Shown here piece by piece: positions 13,839 through 25,100 of a stretch of 64,000 nt of DNA. Source of the stretch: Macrostomum hystrix. Taxonomy: Eukaryota > Animalia > Platyhelminthes. The DNA lies in contig CATNEN010000001.1 in NCBI GenBank assembly GCA_950097015.1, positions 9,486,001 through 9,550,000 on the forward strand, in the 5' to 3' direction. Made by a program: the position numbers and the translations under genes. How positions within the stretch are numbered: the stretch's first letter is position 1; each line of letters begins with the position of its first letter. The notes beneath the pieces were generated by a model that ran no database searches, was not told the origin of the DNA, and was given only the letters and a program-made list of their open reading frames with translations.

Positions 13839-14641
13839 TTGTTGCTCTGTTAATTGTCTGTAGTAAATAACGCTTTCAGGTGTAAAAAAACTAGTTTTAT
13901 TTTATTGTAAATGTCGTTTAACAACAGACAGCTTTTATCTATAATTTTACCTATGGTCATACCGCATTACTACTCGAAGTAGTCTAGTAACCGCTTATCG
14001 GATCCTGATACTCCTCTTCTATGCTTTTGTTACGCTATTTAAAAAAATCGCTTTTCTTGAAATTTACTCGATTTTTTTTCTTGCAATTAACGAACTATCG
14101 CTGACAAGTAGTATGCGTGGAGCAAAGGTTATGCGTGTAATTTCACGACATACTTGCTATTTTATTCGATGAACTGAATCTCAAACTAAATGCTGTGTTT
14201 TCGTTTATTATTGTCAACTAATTTTAGTTTTTGTTAATTAATTTTTCACCAAACTTTGAATTCGGCAACCTCTTCTGCTCTTGCGTGTAAAAGTCATTTG
14301 TTTGCTTCTAAGAAGTTAATTTATCAGCTGTTAATATTCAATTTTGTTCTTTTATCTCACTTTTTATTGTTCTATTGTTACTATTTCTAGTGTTTTTTAA
14401 TGAAATTTGCTTATTTTTGCCGTTAAGTTTTTCGCTTCAAAGCTAATAGCTAGCTTAAAATGAAATCCTCACTTTGCAAATGATTTTATTGAAGAAGACC
14501 TGATTGCTTTTGTGTATCAATTTATCAATCGTATTGACTGCTGCTTGTACTTTGGCGCACATCTGCAAATATTAGGTGAACAGATTAAATCTCAGTCTTG
14601 ATTCGAGTCTTGTTTTCAACTTCTTTTTACTTGTTTAACAT

Positions 14642-14790
14642 GGGGTTGTAGCCTATTGGTTAGAGCGTCGGACTCACGTCTTGAAGGTCGGGGGTTCGAT
14701 TCCCCACTCCGGTGGAACAATTTGTATCCTTTAGCAAGACTATTTACTCTGCATTGCTTCAGTTCACCCAGCTGTTAAATGGCATCAGCA
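14642..14790 (+). mobile_element. tRNA-derived SINE family A (CORE-like), 3'-truncated
   Basis: A box TAGCCTATTGG, B box GGTTCGATTCC, then GCAAGACTATTTACTCTGCATTGCTTCAGTTCACCCAGCTGTTAAATGG resembling the CORE-SINE domain. Homologous to the copies near 55.5 kb and 60.1 kb. Confidence 0.8.
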
Positions 14791-15546
14791 TCAGCATCAA
14801 ATGACACCTCACTTACGTTTAAATTCATTGATGTCTATGGCCTTGACAACGCTTTCAAACAATGACCCGGCCATAGAAATTTGGAAAAGGGATCATTCTA
14901 CTGTTAAAGGAATAGTAAAACAAAAATATTGTACTGCTAAGTAAGATCGTACGGTACCGACCTGGCACTCCGAAAGGACAGACACGAAAGCATGCAGCGC
15001 TTACCGGTCGGAACATCCAGGATGACTCGGGTGGCTTCTCTGACGAGTTCGATATGAATTTAATTGCATTCATGTCTTTGCGACTCGAATCGTAAAGGTC
15101 AAATGCGATCGCACGAGCGCACGAGAGGTGCCCCGGCTCGGGCAGACAATGAAAAAAATAGGGTAGCTACATAGACAGGAGAGGCGGCCCACAAACCACC
15201 TGAGTCAAGCCAACAGCGCGCATGGAGGGCTAGGTTTGTTCGCGCTGGCCGGGTGGACGGGCAGAGCTGATTGGCTGTAGGGGCAAAGCCACGCAGGGCT
15301 ATAGGGCAAGGGTTAACAGAGAACGCCCGCGCCCAGCCAATCAGGTGGCGGCAAAGGGCACACAGAACAGGAACGGGGGAGGAGGGCGAGGCCAAGGCCG
15401 AGCCAACCAAACCGGCCTGAAACAACGGCTTTGGCGATGCCCAACCGCCTCAGGAACACAATGCGGGGCCACATTTTGTGTCAAACAATTACATCAACGG
15501 ACAGCGTCGTGTCTTCTTCTTTCTTCGCCGAACTTGACGTTCGCAG

Positions 15547-17941
15547 TCAATCGCAGCTAAGAGCAAACCAGGCCAGCAGTCGCAGACCTACTCGACCGTG
15601 CTCACTGTCCGAGTTGCCGCCCGGCGTGCCGCTGCAGCCGCCGCCGCCGCAGAACGAGCCACCGCCACCGCCTCCGTCCGAGTACTCCACGCCGGCGCCG
15701 CCGCCGCTGAAGCCGCCGCCGCCGCCACCCGCTCCAAATCTGCCCGTGCTGGAGCCGCCGCCTCCACCGCCGCCGCCGCCGAAGCCGCCGTGGCCAGTGC
15801 CACCGTCGCCGGCGCTGCCGCCGATCCAAGAGTCGTCCAGACTGCCGCCCTGAACTCCGTCGATGGCGCGGTATCTGGCGGCTGGGGCCTTGCCAAGCCA
15901 GCCGGCCCCGCAGCCGCCGTGCGTGCTGCTGCTCGGAGTGTCTCTGGGACTGTTGAATCCCGGCTGACCGTTGATTCCTCCAATGCCCCTTGTTTCAGAG
16001 TTCGTCATCGAATTACTGCCGCTCGTCTTTTCGACGCCAACTCCGCCTTTTAAATTTAGTAAACTGTCCAAGTTTTTTGTGACATAAGCATTGAACAAAC
16101 AGTTTTCGGCAAACTCCAGCCCACGGGACCGATGCGGCCCTCGAAGCTCCCAAATCCGGCCCGTTGGTCCTTCTAACTGCTATAGTATCCAGTTTCATCT
16201 CTCCCGTGTCTCATCTCTCCCGTGTCTCATCTCTCCCGTGTCTCATCTCTCCCGTGTCTCATCTCTCCCGTGCCTCATCTCTTCTGTGTCTCATCTCTCC
16301 CGTGTCTCATCTCTCCCGTGTCTCATCTCTCCCGTGTCTCATCTCTCCCGTGTCTCATCTCTCCCGTGCCTCATCTCTTCTGTGTCTCATCTCTCCCGTG
16401 CCTCATCTCTTCTGTGTCTCATCTCTCCCGTGCCTCATCTCTTCTGTGTCTCATCTCTCCTGTGTCTCATCTCTCCTGTGTCTCATCTCTCCTGTGTCTC
16501 ATCTCTCCCAGGCCTCATCTCCCACTGTCATTTCTTCTCTGTCTCATCTCTCCCTCTGCTATATTTCTACAGTCAATGCGGCCCGCTGTAGTCTTTTAAG
16601 TTTTCTCTTTGGCCCAGTAGTTAATAAGTTTGCCAATCCCTGTTCTAAACCCTCAATCACCGTCTCTGGCTCTTGAGGCGCCACCGCCGCCGCCAGCAGC
16701 AATTAGGAGTTGCCTGTCGTCAGTTCGGTACACGAAGCTGCCTCCACCGCCGCCACCGGCGCCACCGGAGACATAAGAAGTGCCGCCGGGTTGTCCAACA
16801 GCAATAGCCAGAATTGTTCCAGCGGTCAGGTTGAAATTGCCATAGACTACGGCTCCGTAGCCGCCAGCGCTGCGATGGTGCACGCTGTCACCGCCTTTGG
16901 CACCAGCGGCGTCGATACGGTAGCAGCCGGTGGCGCTGATCAGGACATGCTGGATCTGACCGATGCTCGGACTACTCAAATCTGCTTTGGGGAATGTTTG
17001 TATAGGGAAAACTTGACGGCAGGGAAAATTCTGTTGGTGAGAAAAATGAAGAATCGAGAAGAGGGGGACTAGGAGACGGGGATTATTTGTATAGTGGGAT
17101 AATTTTATTTGTTTGGAACATTATTCTAGTGGGAGTCATACTAGAAGGGAAGAACTGTAGGGTAGAGTGGAGATTTTTGCAGAGAGGGGGGAAGAATGGT
17201 GGAAAAGGAGACGGGAAGAATTGCAGGGAGAGAGGGGAAGAATCGTAGGGAGAATTGTTGGGAGAGCGATAGAGATAGTAAAGCATTTTATATTGTGAGG
17301 AATTTAAGATGGGTACAATTGGATGGGGGTGGGAATTCTATCGGGGCGAGAGGCAGGATAAATAGAGACGGTAGAACTGTTGGAGTATACTTTTAGAGCA
17401 GTAATTAAAGCTCAGGCGTCATATCTTTGCACAAAATCGTAAAAGAACCCGAAAAAATTTCCTAATCAGGAAACGCTTGACTCACTGTAGCGACTTTTCA
17501 AGACCATCTGGGCGCTATGATTCCATGACCAGAGTCGAGTGACATCTCCAATAGTCAGCTGTTGAAGGAATCCGTTATCCACAGTAGGCATGTTCAGTTT
17601 AACAAATACCGTCAACAATTGGCACGAGCGTACACTCGAATTCAACACCGCCAGATCGCACTCTCTAGTCTGACATCGAACCAGACAGTCGATATCCGAT
17701 AGCACTTCAATAGCAGTGATGCCACCACTGTGAACCCGGTAACTGCCGTTGGTTGTCGCATCTAATTCTGAGTACTCAATCGATGTGATCTGCTCACTCT
17801 GGACGTAATTGAGAGCTAAAAAATACGTTGTGATAATCTTTCTCAGATGATTTCTTAGACGTTTTTTATGAAGAAACGATCGGACTTACCAAGTACAGCA
17901 ATGATGAGTCTGTTAATGTGAATTTTTGCTGAAGCAATCAT
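15547..17941 (-). CDS. Secreted-type PAN/apple-like + ALK/LTK-like glycine-rich domain protein, paralog A (~400 aa)
   Basis: Exons 17941-17890, 17815-17486, 16981-16661, 16046-15547; all introns GT-AG, phase 1. N-terminus MIASAKIHINRLIIAVLALNYVQS; Cys module IDCLVRCQTRECDLAV..SCQLL; then GQIQHVLISATGCYRIDAAGAKGG..GNFNLTAGTILAIAVGQPG..GGGGGGSFVY..LLIAAGGGGG..GGFGGGGG, matching the ALK/LTK ectodomain pattern. Confidence 0.85.
16100..16642 (+). mobile_element. hAT/Charlie-like MITE with internal TCTCATCTCTCCCGTG minisatellite (intron 3 of paralog A)
   Basis: TIRs CAGTTTTCGGCAAACT and AGTTTGCCAATCCCTG, with subterminal GGCCC motifs. Right flank TTCTAAAC fits a Charlie-type target, but the left TSD is not matched. 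Confidence 0.7.
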
Positions 17942-18631
17942 ATTTAGGAGTTCTGTTGATGTACCTTTTATCTAGAATTTATGTCTAAATGTAACTCCGT
18001 TTAATGACACAGCATGGCTGTTTTTATAACGTTGGGAACATTTTTTGTTGATTTAACCATCTTTTTAACCATCTCAGTTTGCTTTTTTCTTCTAAAATGT
18101 CAAGAGTAAAGTGAAGATGACAGATGCAAAGCAAAATTAGCTCAATAAAAAAGATACATGCTAAGCTTCAAGTTGAATTGTGTTTGCTTAAAATTCAAGA
18201 AATTCTTTTTTTTAATGCCAGCTGTGAGGATGAATGGGATCATTAAAAAAACTGGTGAAGATTCATGTCGAAAAAACGGAGAGCTCTTCCATAATAAAAC
18301 TGTGTGTTTTGTTCAAAGCGATATCGTGCCCTGCTCTCTAGCCCAATAATACAGTTTTCCAACTCGCATGTTGGTCACGTGCTGGGCCACGATTGGCTGG
18401 CACGGGCAGGGCCCACGCAGAGATTTTTCTGGCCCCTTGCGCGCGTGTGATTGGCCGTGAGCGGATTGGATACACCCCTCCCCTCTATAGGTCTAGGATT
18501 TATACGTAATAGGAATTTTACTTGTCTTTTCAAAAGTGCATGTCAACTTAAATTAATTAAATTGACTTCTCATTGCCTGTAGTCCAATACAGTTTTTGTT
18601 TAGTTTAATTTTAATTTAGTTAAGTTTTAGT

Positions 18632-19160
18632 TTAGCTTGATAAGTATTCAATCAGACGAGCTTTCCTTTGTGTATGCTGCCTGTCAGATGTTCTAGCTGC
18701 TCTACAATGTCCGATTTATTAACTTCAGAGTTTTGGTTTAAAAACATCACGATTAACTACAAATGTCAATCACCTGTTTACCAGGCCATTCTAGAAAATG
18801 TTTTCCTGATCTAACTGTGCTCACACCTTTCAAATACTGACACAATGACAAAAAAGTTTCTATTGTAAAGCAGCAGAGTTGGTTCACAGAAAAACGGTTT
18901 AATATTTGAACGGTTCTTTGATTGACAAGCAACAATAAACAAGCAAAATCCTGGCTTTCGTCCCAGTCTTGATCCAAAAAATTTTTTCATGAAAATAAAT
19001 CGAGTGGTCTGGTGAACAGGTGATTGACATTTGTGGCTAATCATGGTTTTTTTAAACCAAAAACTCAGAAATTAATAAATCCGACATTGCTGCAGCTTGA
19101 CCGTCTGACCGACAGCAGATACGACAGAAAGCTCGTTTGATTGAAGATTATCAGCTGAAG
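18632..19160. repeat. Diverged inverted repeat (~160 bp arms at 18632-18791 and 19001-19160)
   Basis: TTCAATCAGACGAGCTTTC..CAATGTCCGATTTATTAA..CAAATGTCAATCACCTGTT is mirrored by AACAGGTGATTGACATTTG..TTAATAAATCCGACATTG..GAAAGCTCGTTTGATTGAA. Confidence 0.85.
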
Positions 19161-19178
19161 TCCGTAGCATCAGTCATC

Positions 19179-21129
19179 ATGCAGGATGTCAGGCTGCTGC
19201 AGCTGTGCCAGCTCATTGCCACCCTGACATGTGAGCACCGGACTGATTTTCTAATCTAATCTAATCTAATCTAATCTAATCTAATCTAATCTAATCTATC
19301 TACACTTCACTCTCCGTTCACATTGAATAATTTCAGGCGTCTCGGCGGCTGGCACCATCACGTCACGTGACTACACCGAGACCGCTGGGCCACTCCTGCT
19401 GAATGCGAGCATCAGCTCCGAGCTCATCGTCGTTCCCGATGCCGCGTCGTCGATCGACTGCTTGATGCGGTGTCAGAGGCTGGCCTGCTCCTACGCAGTG
19501 TACTCAGAGAACTCCACCGCGGTGCTCTGCCAGCTGCTGATCGTATTCGAAGATTCAGACTCAACGGGAGCAAATGCTGGCAGTCACGTGACTAGGCTGC
19601 TCGGTTCAGAGGCCGGCGCGACCGTGTGGATCTCCGGGACTCTGCTGACCATGGGTGGAGGCGCTACAAACTTTGAGCTCGCAAGTGAGTACTTTGTGAG
19701 TCAAATTGTCTCAGTTTTATCAAAACTGCAAGTCTTCAAACTGCTCACATGCTCGCAGACACAAGTTCTGGAAGGATCGGCTCCATCCAGGAGGTCACGA
19801 TCACAGTTGGTGGCTGCTACCGCATCGAGGTCGCTGGTGCCAGGGGCGGATCTCAGTCCAGAGCTTCGAGACTAACCACAGGTGGTCGAGGTGCGACAGT
19901 CAGAGGAAATTTCAGCCTTTCTGCTGGCACCAAACTGTCGGTGGTTGTTGGTCAAGCCGGGGGCTTTTCCAGCGATTTGGATGCTAGCGGCGGCGGCGGC
20001 GGTGGAGGCAGCTTCGTGTACCGGACTGCGGACACACAGTTGTTGATCGCGGCTGGCGGTGGCGGTGGTGGAGGATCGGCTTCGGACGGTTTGTTAAATT
20101 TTTCTAGTAGATGAGAGACGTTTTTTTCCATTAGTTTAACAGTAGAAAGACAACGCTATTTTTCCCCGGGAAAGAGACCATGGGGATATTTCAAATACTC
20201 ACTGCCTACTTCACAATAGCTCCCAAACCGAATGACTGACTTTCATGAAAGTCAACCATATGGATCAAAACTTTCTGCCTTTTACGATGGTTCAATAATC
20301 TGAGTCCATCTGTCGTAGGGACCTTTGTTCTCAGCATCCAAGTAAAAAATGCCCCTTCGATTGATTGACGTAATGAAAGTTTGTGATAAGAAAAATGATG
20401 CCTATAGTCGGGATTTTTGCCACCTGACATCCCGACAAAAATCGTTGAATATCTCGACGATATCGATGTTTTATGATTTGGAAGTTGATTTGAGCCCGTT
20501 TTCTTGATTTTCATGGCTATTGGTTGAATATTTTTGGAGATAAAGAAAAAAAAACAAATTTCGGCATCAAAAATACCCCCTTTCAAAATACGTGGTCTTT
20601 CCACTGTTAAAGTCACAATTGAACAAGTTGCCCTGCAGGTCGGCCTGGTCTTTCGGGTCCGAACGGCAGCAACTCGGCCGGCAGTGCCGGAAACGAAGGC
20701 TTCGGCGGCGCCAACGGTCAGCCGGGCTACAGCAATGTCAGCGCCACGAGCTCAAGCTTCAAACACGGCGGCTGTGGTGCGGGCTGGCTGGGCAAGACCG
20801 TCGGCCTGAGACGCAGCTCTGCCGATGGAGAACAAGGCGGCAGTCTGGCCGACGGCTGGGTCGGCGGTCGCGCTGGCGACGGCTCTACTGGAGACGGCGG
20901 CTTCGGCGGGGGTGGCGGGGGCGGCTTCAAATACGGAGCTGCTGGCGGCGGCGGCGGCTTCAGCGGCGGCGGCGCTGGAATCACAAGCAGCCACGGCGGC
21001 GGCGGCGGAGGCTCGTTCTGCGGCGGCGGCGGCTGCGCAGCGGATTCGGGCGGAAACACAGCTAGCGAGAACGGCTACGTCAACCTGAAGCTGCTGGCTC
21101 CGCTGCCGAATTGTTTGGATCTGGACTAA
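19179..21129 (+). CDS. Secreted-type PAN/apple-like + ALK/LTK-like glycine-rich domain protein, paralog B (~406 aa)
   Basis: Exons 19179-19230, 19337-19684, 19759-20088, 20639-21129; all GT-AG, phase 1, same layout as paralog A. MQDVRLLQLCQLIATLTCVSA..IDCLMRCQRLACSYAV..LCQLL..GCYRIEVAGARGG..GGGGGGGSFVYRTADTQLLIAAGGGGG..ENGYVNLKLLAPLPNCLDLD-TAA. Confidence 0.87.
20140..20606. mobile_element. Non-autonomous DNA transposon (MITE) flanked by TTAA (intron 3 of paralog B)
   Basis: TTAA|CAGTAGAAAGACAACGCTATTTT ... AAAATACGTGGTCTTTCCACTG|TTAA inverted termini; related copy at ~32746. Confidence 0.78.
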
Positions 21130-21231
21130 AGCGATCGATGATTTGAGCAGACTGAATCACTGCACTGCAACTTCTCGTCAACTTACTTAAGTACCCTAGT
21201 TTAAGTCTGTGTATATGTGATTGTAGCGGTG

Positions 21232-21482
21232 TGAGTGGCAGAGCCAAGGTTCCTGAGCTCGATTCCGCGGCGAGGCCACATTCATTTGGGGCGCAGCTTC
21301 AAGGCACAGTGAAGTGTACACTGCCTGACGATGAGAAAGTCAGGGCAGATGTACACACCTGTGTGTGTGCCCAGGAGTCAGCAAAATGGGCAGAATTGCC
21401 TCCTCGCTGGCTGCGGGTCTAGCGTCACCAGAATAATGTACCAATGCCCGCAGCCCTCCTGCAATTATTATAATTATATTAT
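21232..21482 (+). mobile_element. tRNA-derived SINE family B (internally deleted)
   Basis: Shares GAGCTCGATTCCGCGGCGAGGCCACATTCATTTG and CTGCCTGACGATGAGAAAGTCAGGGCAGATG with four other copies; ATT-type tail. Confidence 0.8.
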
Positions 21483-22146
21483 TTATTTTGTACCTGTATC
21501 TAAGGTGTTATAGTAGTCTAAAATATACTAACTAGCTCGTAAAAGCTAACGAGCTCTAACTTTTTTTCTGAATTTTACCGGAAATCTCGAAAAAACTGCT
21601 CTAATGGCACTTTAGCATTTTTTTCTGCGATAACTAGACAGAGCAGTTTAAATCACTTTTTAAAGCTAAGAACGAAAAGTTGGTCTTCCAGAAAGGTAGA
21701 AATCTCAGAGAGAACTCTAGTGAGCATTGTTATGCCCTTGCATGTTTAAATAAAACATTGCACTGGACGTTCAGTTGGACTATTGATAAACCGATTTTTG
21801 TTTGAACAATTAGCCAAAAATGCACCGCATAGGTAAAGCTAAACATAAGAACTGAGCTCAGAGTTGGACTCAAACACACACAGAGGTACTCAGAGGTGGC
21901 GAGTGAGAAGTTGAGAAAAAGTCTTACACGACGAACGAACCATGCGAATAGTTCTCATCGTGTCAGCTTCTCTCGAGGCCAGGTAATAGTTAATCGTCAT
22001 TTAGCACCCAAACATTTACGATAGCAACCGATAGCACTATAACTCTGAGTCAGTAAAAACAGGCGTCTACCCAACAAAGGGTTTTGCATTTCATAGTTTT
22101 CTAAGAGTGAAAGCCAACTGGCAATGATCTGAAGACAAAATTGGTC

Positions 22147-25100
22147 ATGGACTACAACGGTATCAAAAGCCCCGAAGGTCATCAGCCGCCGCCGTACGGC
22201 TCAGACAATCGTGTCAGGCCGTTCACTGACAAAAAACAGCAGCCGCAGGCTGTCATTGACAGCCAGCTGCAGGAGATGCAGCAGCGTTCAGCTGGTCAGC
22301 AACCGCTCACAATTGCCCAGTGTCGCGGCTTGAAACCAGAAGATATGGCTCGAAGGGTCAGTTTTTTTTGCTTTTTTTAAAGAATTGGATTGAAATCAGA
22401 AATTTAAATCAGCGCGCTAATTTTCTGAAAAAGCGAAAAACGAAAATAAATATGAATTTCTTAGAAACTCAAGTTCGAATTCGGTACAGTGTCGCTCCAG
22501 TTTGACTTCGTCGCAATGTCACTATAGTATGACTTCCCCACAATGTTACTCTAGTATGACTTCGTCACAACGTTACTCTACTTTGACTACGTCACAATGT
22601 TACTCTAGTTTCACTTCGTCGCAATGTCACTCTAGTATGATTTCGTCACAATTTTGTGACGTAGTTACTCTAGTTTGACTTCGACGCAATGTCACTCTAG
22701 TATGATTTCGTCACAATGTCACCCTTGCATGCCTTTATCGCAAGTCACTTTATTCTAAGCACATTATCAATCTTTCTAATCCAAACAGTTCTTCCACTCG
22801 GTACGCGAGGGCAACACTGATCACGTGTCGATGCTGCTAAAGTGCAACTCTTCTCTGGTATCCCGACTGGACGATCAGCTGATGAGCGGTCTGCACTACG
22901 CAGTGAAATGCAATCGGGTTGGCATGGTGTCACTCCTGATCCAGGGCGGCGCCAATGTCAACTTAAAAGGTCGCGAAGGCGCGCGTCCGTTGCACGTGGC
23001 AGCAAATTTTAATCAAGCCGGCGCACTCCAAGAGCTGCTCGCCAGTCGACGAATCCGCGTCGACGCCACCGACGATCGGGGCCAGACTGCGCTGCACGTT
23101 GCCTGTCGAAGAAATCACGAGCTGGGAGTCAAGGTGAGTCGGAGTTGAGTCGGTAACGTCAGTTTTGAAACATTTCGCTAATACCGTTCACCCCGCTTTC
23201 AACATGAAGATTCTTCTCAGTCACAAGGCCAATCTGCAACTGAAGGAGTTGGACGGTACCAGCGTCTTACACCTGCCGTCTAGGAGGAACAACCTGGAGC
23301 TCTGTCAGATATTGGTGCGCTCTGCTTTCTAAGAAACCAAAGGAGTGACCTTTCCCTAGTTGTATATTTTTAGGAGCGACTTTCCTCAGTTATAAATTTT
23401 GTAGGAATGACTTTCCCCAGTTGTCACTTTTGAAGGAGTGACTTTCCCCAGTTGTCACTTTTGAAGGAGTGACTTTCCCCAGTTGTCACTTTTGTAGGAG
23501 TGACTTTCCCCTGTTGTCACTTTTTTAGGAGTGACTTTACCGGCCCTTCTTAATTCAATTCAATCGCATTTTCCTCTTTAACGTCCTGCAGACAAGCGAC
23601 ATTGGTCTGATCACTTGCAAAGACAAATACGGCGTCACCCCGTTGATGGTGGCAGCAGCCGAAGGCAGCGAGGATCTGCTGAATTATTTCATCAACGTCT
23701 GTGAGCCACTTCTTAATTTAAACTGGTTTTATAATTTCCGCAACCCTGTATTGAAACATTTGTCTATTAAGGTCGACAGTCGGCAGCTACTGGTGCGGTG
23801 CAACGCATGCTAAACATGCAGGACAGCGAGGGCAACTCTTCGATGCACTTTGCGGCTAAGAATGACAAAGTCACGGTAAAATAGGGGGGGCTGGCAACCT
23901 TTTACGATTATACATGAGGGAAATAAGACAGGAGGGATGAGACAGGAGGGATGAGACAGGAGGGATGAGACAGAAGAGAGATGAGACACGGGAGAGATGA
24001 GACACGGGAGAGATGAGACACGGTGGAGATGAGACACAGTAGAGATGAGACACGGGTGAGATGAGACATGAGAGAGATGAGACACAGGAGAGAGATGACA
24101 GTCGACGACACACTATACTTATAGTCTAAAAGGTGACACACTATAGACACAGGAGATGAGACACAGGAGTTGAGACACAGGAGATGAGACACAGGAGAGA
24201 AGAGACACCGGAGATGAGACACAGGAGATGAGACACAGGAGATGAGACACAGGAGATGAGACACAGGAGATGAGACACAGGAGATGAGACACAGGAGAGA
24301 AGAGACACGGGTGAGATGAGACACGGGAGAGATGAGACACGGGAGAGATGAGACACGGTAGAGATGAGACACGGTAGAGATGAGACGGGGGGAGAGATGA
24401 GACGGGGGGAGAGATGAGACGGGGGGAGAGATGAGACACGGTAGAGATGAGACACGAGTGAGATGAGACAGGGGATTAGATCATACAAGGGGGAAAAGGA
24501 AACCCATTTGATTCGCTACAATTTTTTCAGGCAATTAAAATCCTTCACGAGAATGGCGCAAATATTGACCTACAAAATGTAAGCGTCTAAAATTATAGAC
24601 GAATTCCTCGTTTTATTGGCACCTTACAAATCAAAAATTGTTTTATGATTTAGAACGAGCTGGCGGCACCTATCCACCTAGCTGCCACACTGGGTCACAA
24701 GGACACTGTGGCACAATTGTTGGAGCTAGGTGCTTCACCAAATCTGCCTGACAACAAAGGTCGTACGCCGTTACACAGGTGATTTTCACGTTCTTTATAT
24801 ATTCCAAACAAACAAATAATTACTAAAAAAGCTTATCTCGTACAAAATTTTAGCTGCATCATCGCCAGACAGTTAGAAATCTGCGATCTACTTCTTTTGG
24901 CTGTGAGTTTTTACTGCCCAAGTTTGTTTTTATGTTCACTTTTAACATATTTGACATCGTCACAATGTCACTCTCGCTTGACTTCGACACAATGTCCAAT
25001 CTAGTTTGACGTCGTCGCAATGTTCAATGTGGTTTGACTTATTTACAATGTCACTCTAGTTTGACGTCGTCACAATGTCACTCTAGTTTGACGTCGTCAC

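Noticed and set aside
13043-13853. Cys/His/Leu/Ser-rich ORFs in three frames (also at 16.1, 23.8 and 42.8 kb)
   Set aside because: Minisatellite translations.
14642-14715. Functional tRNA gene
   Set aside because: Has A/B boxes but no proper cloverleaf, and continues into a SINE body found in other copies.
15547-16098. PE-PGRS, collagen-like or extensin (reverse-strand poly-Pro) calls
   Set aside because: Gly runs are embedded in ALK/LTK-type motifs within spliced genes; the poly-Pro and poly-Ala ORFs are shadow frames.
16047-16098. 5' extension of paralog A's last exon as given by the ORF track
   Set aside because: Alignment to paralog B (GGVGVEKTSGSNS vs GRPGLSGPNGSNS) places the acceptor at 16047/16046; the upstream part is intron.
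21325-21345. Hammerhead ribozyme in SINE B (CTGACGA..GAAA)
   Set aside because: Only 3 nt separate CUGANGA and GAAA, so there is no stem II; no proper stem III or NUH site; one copy mutates the core.
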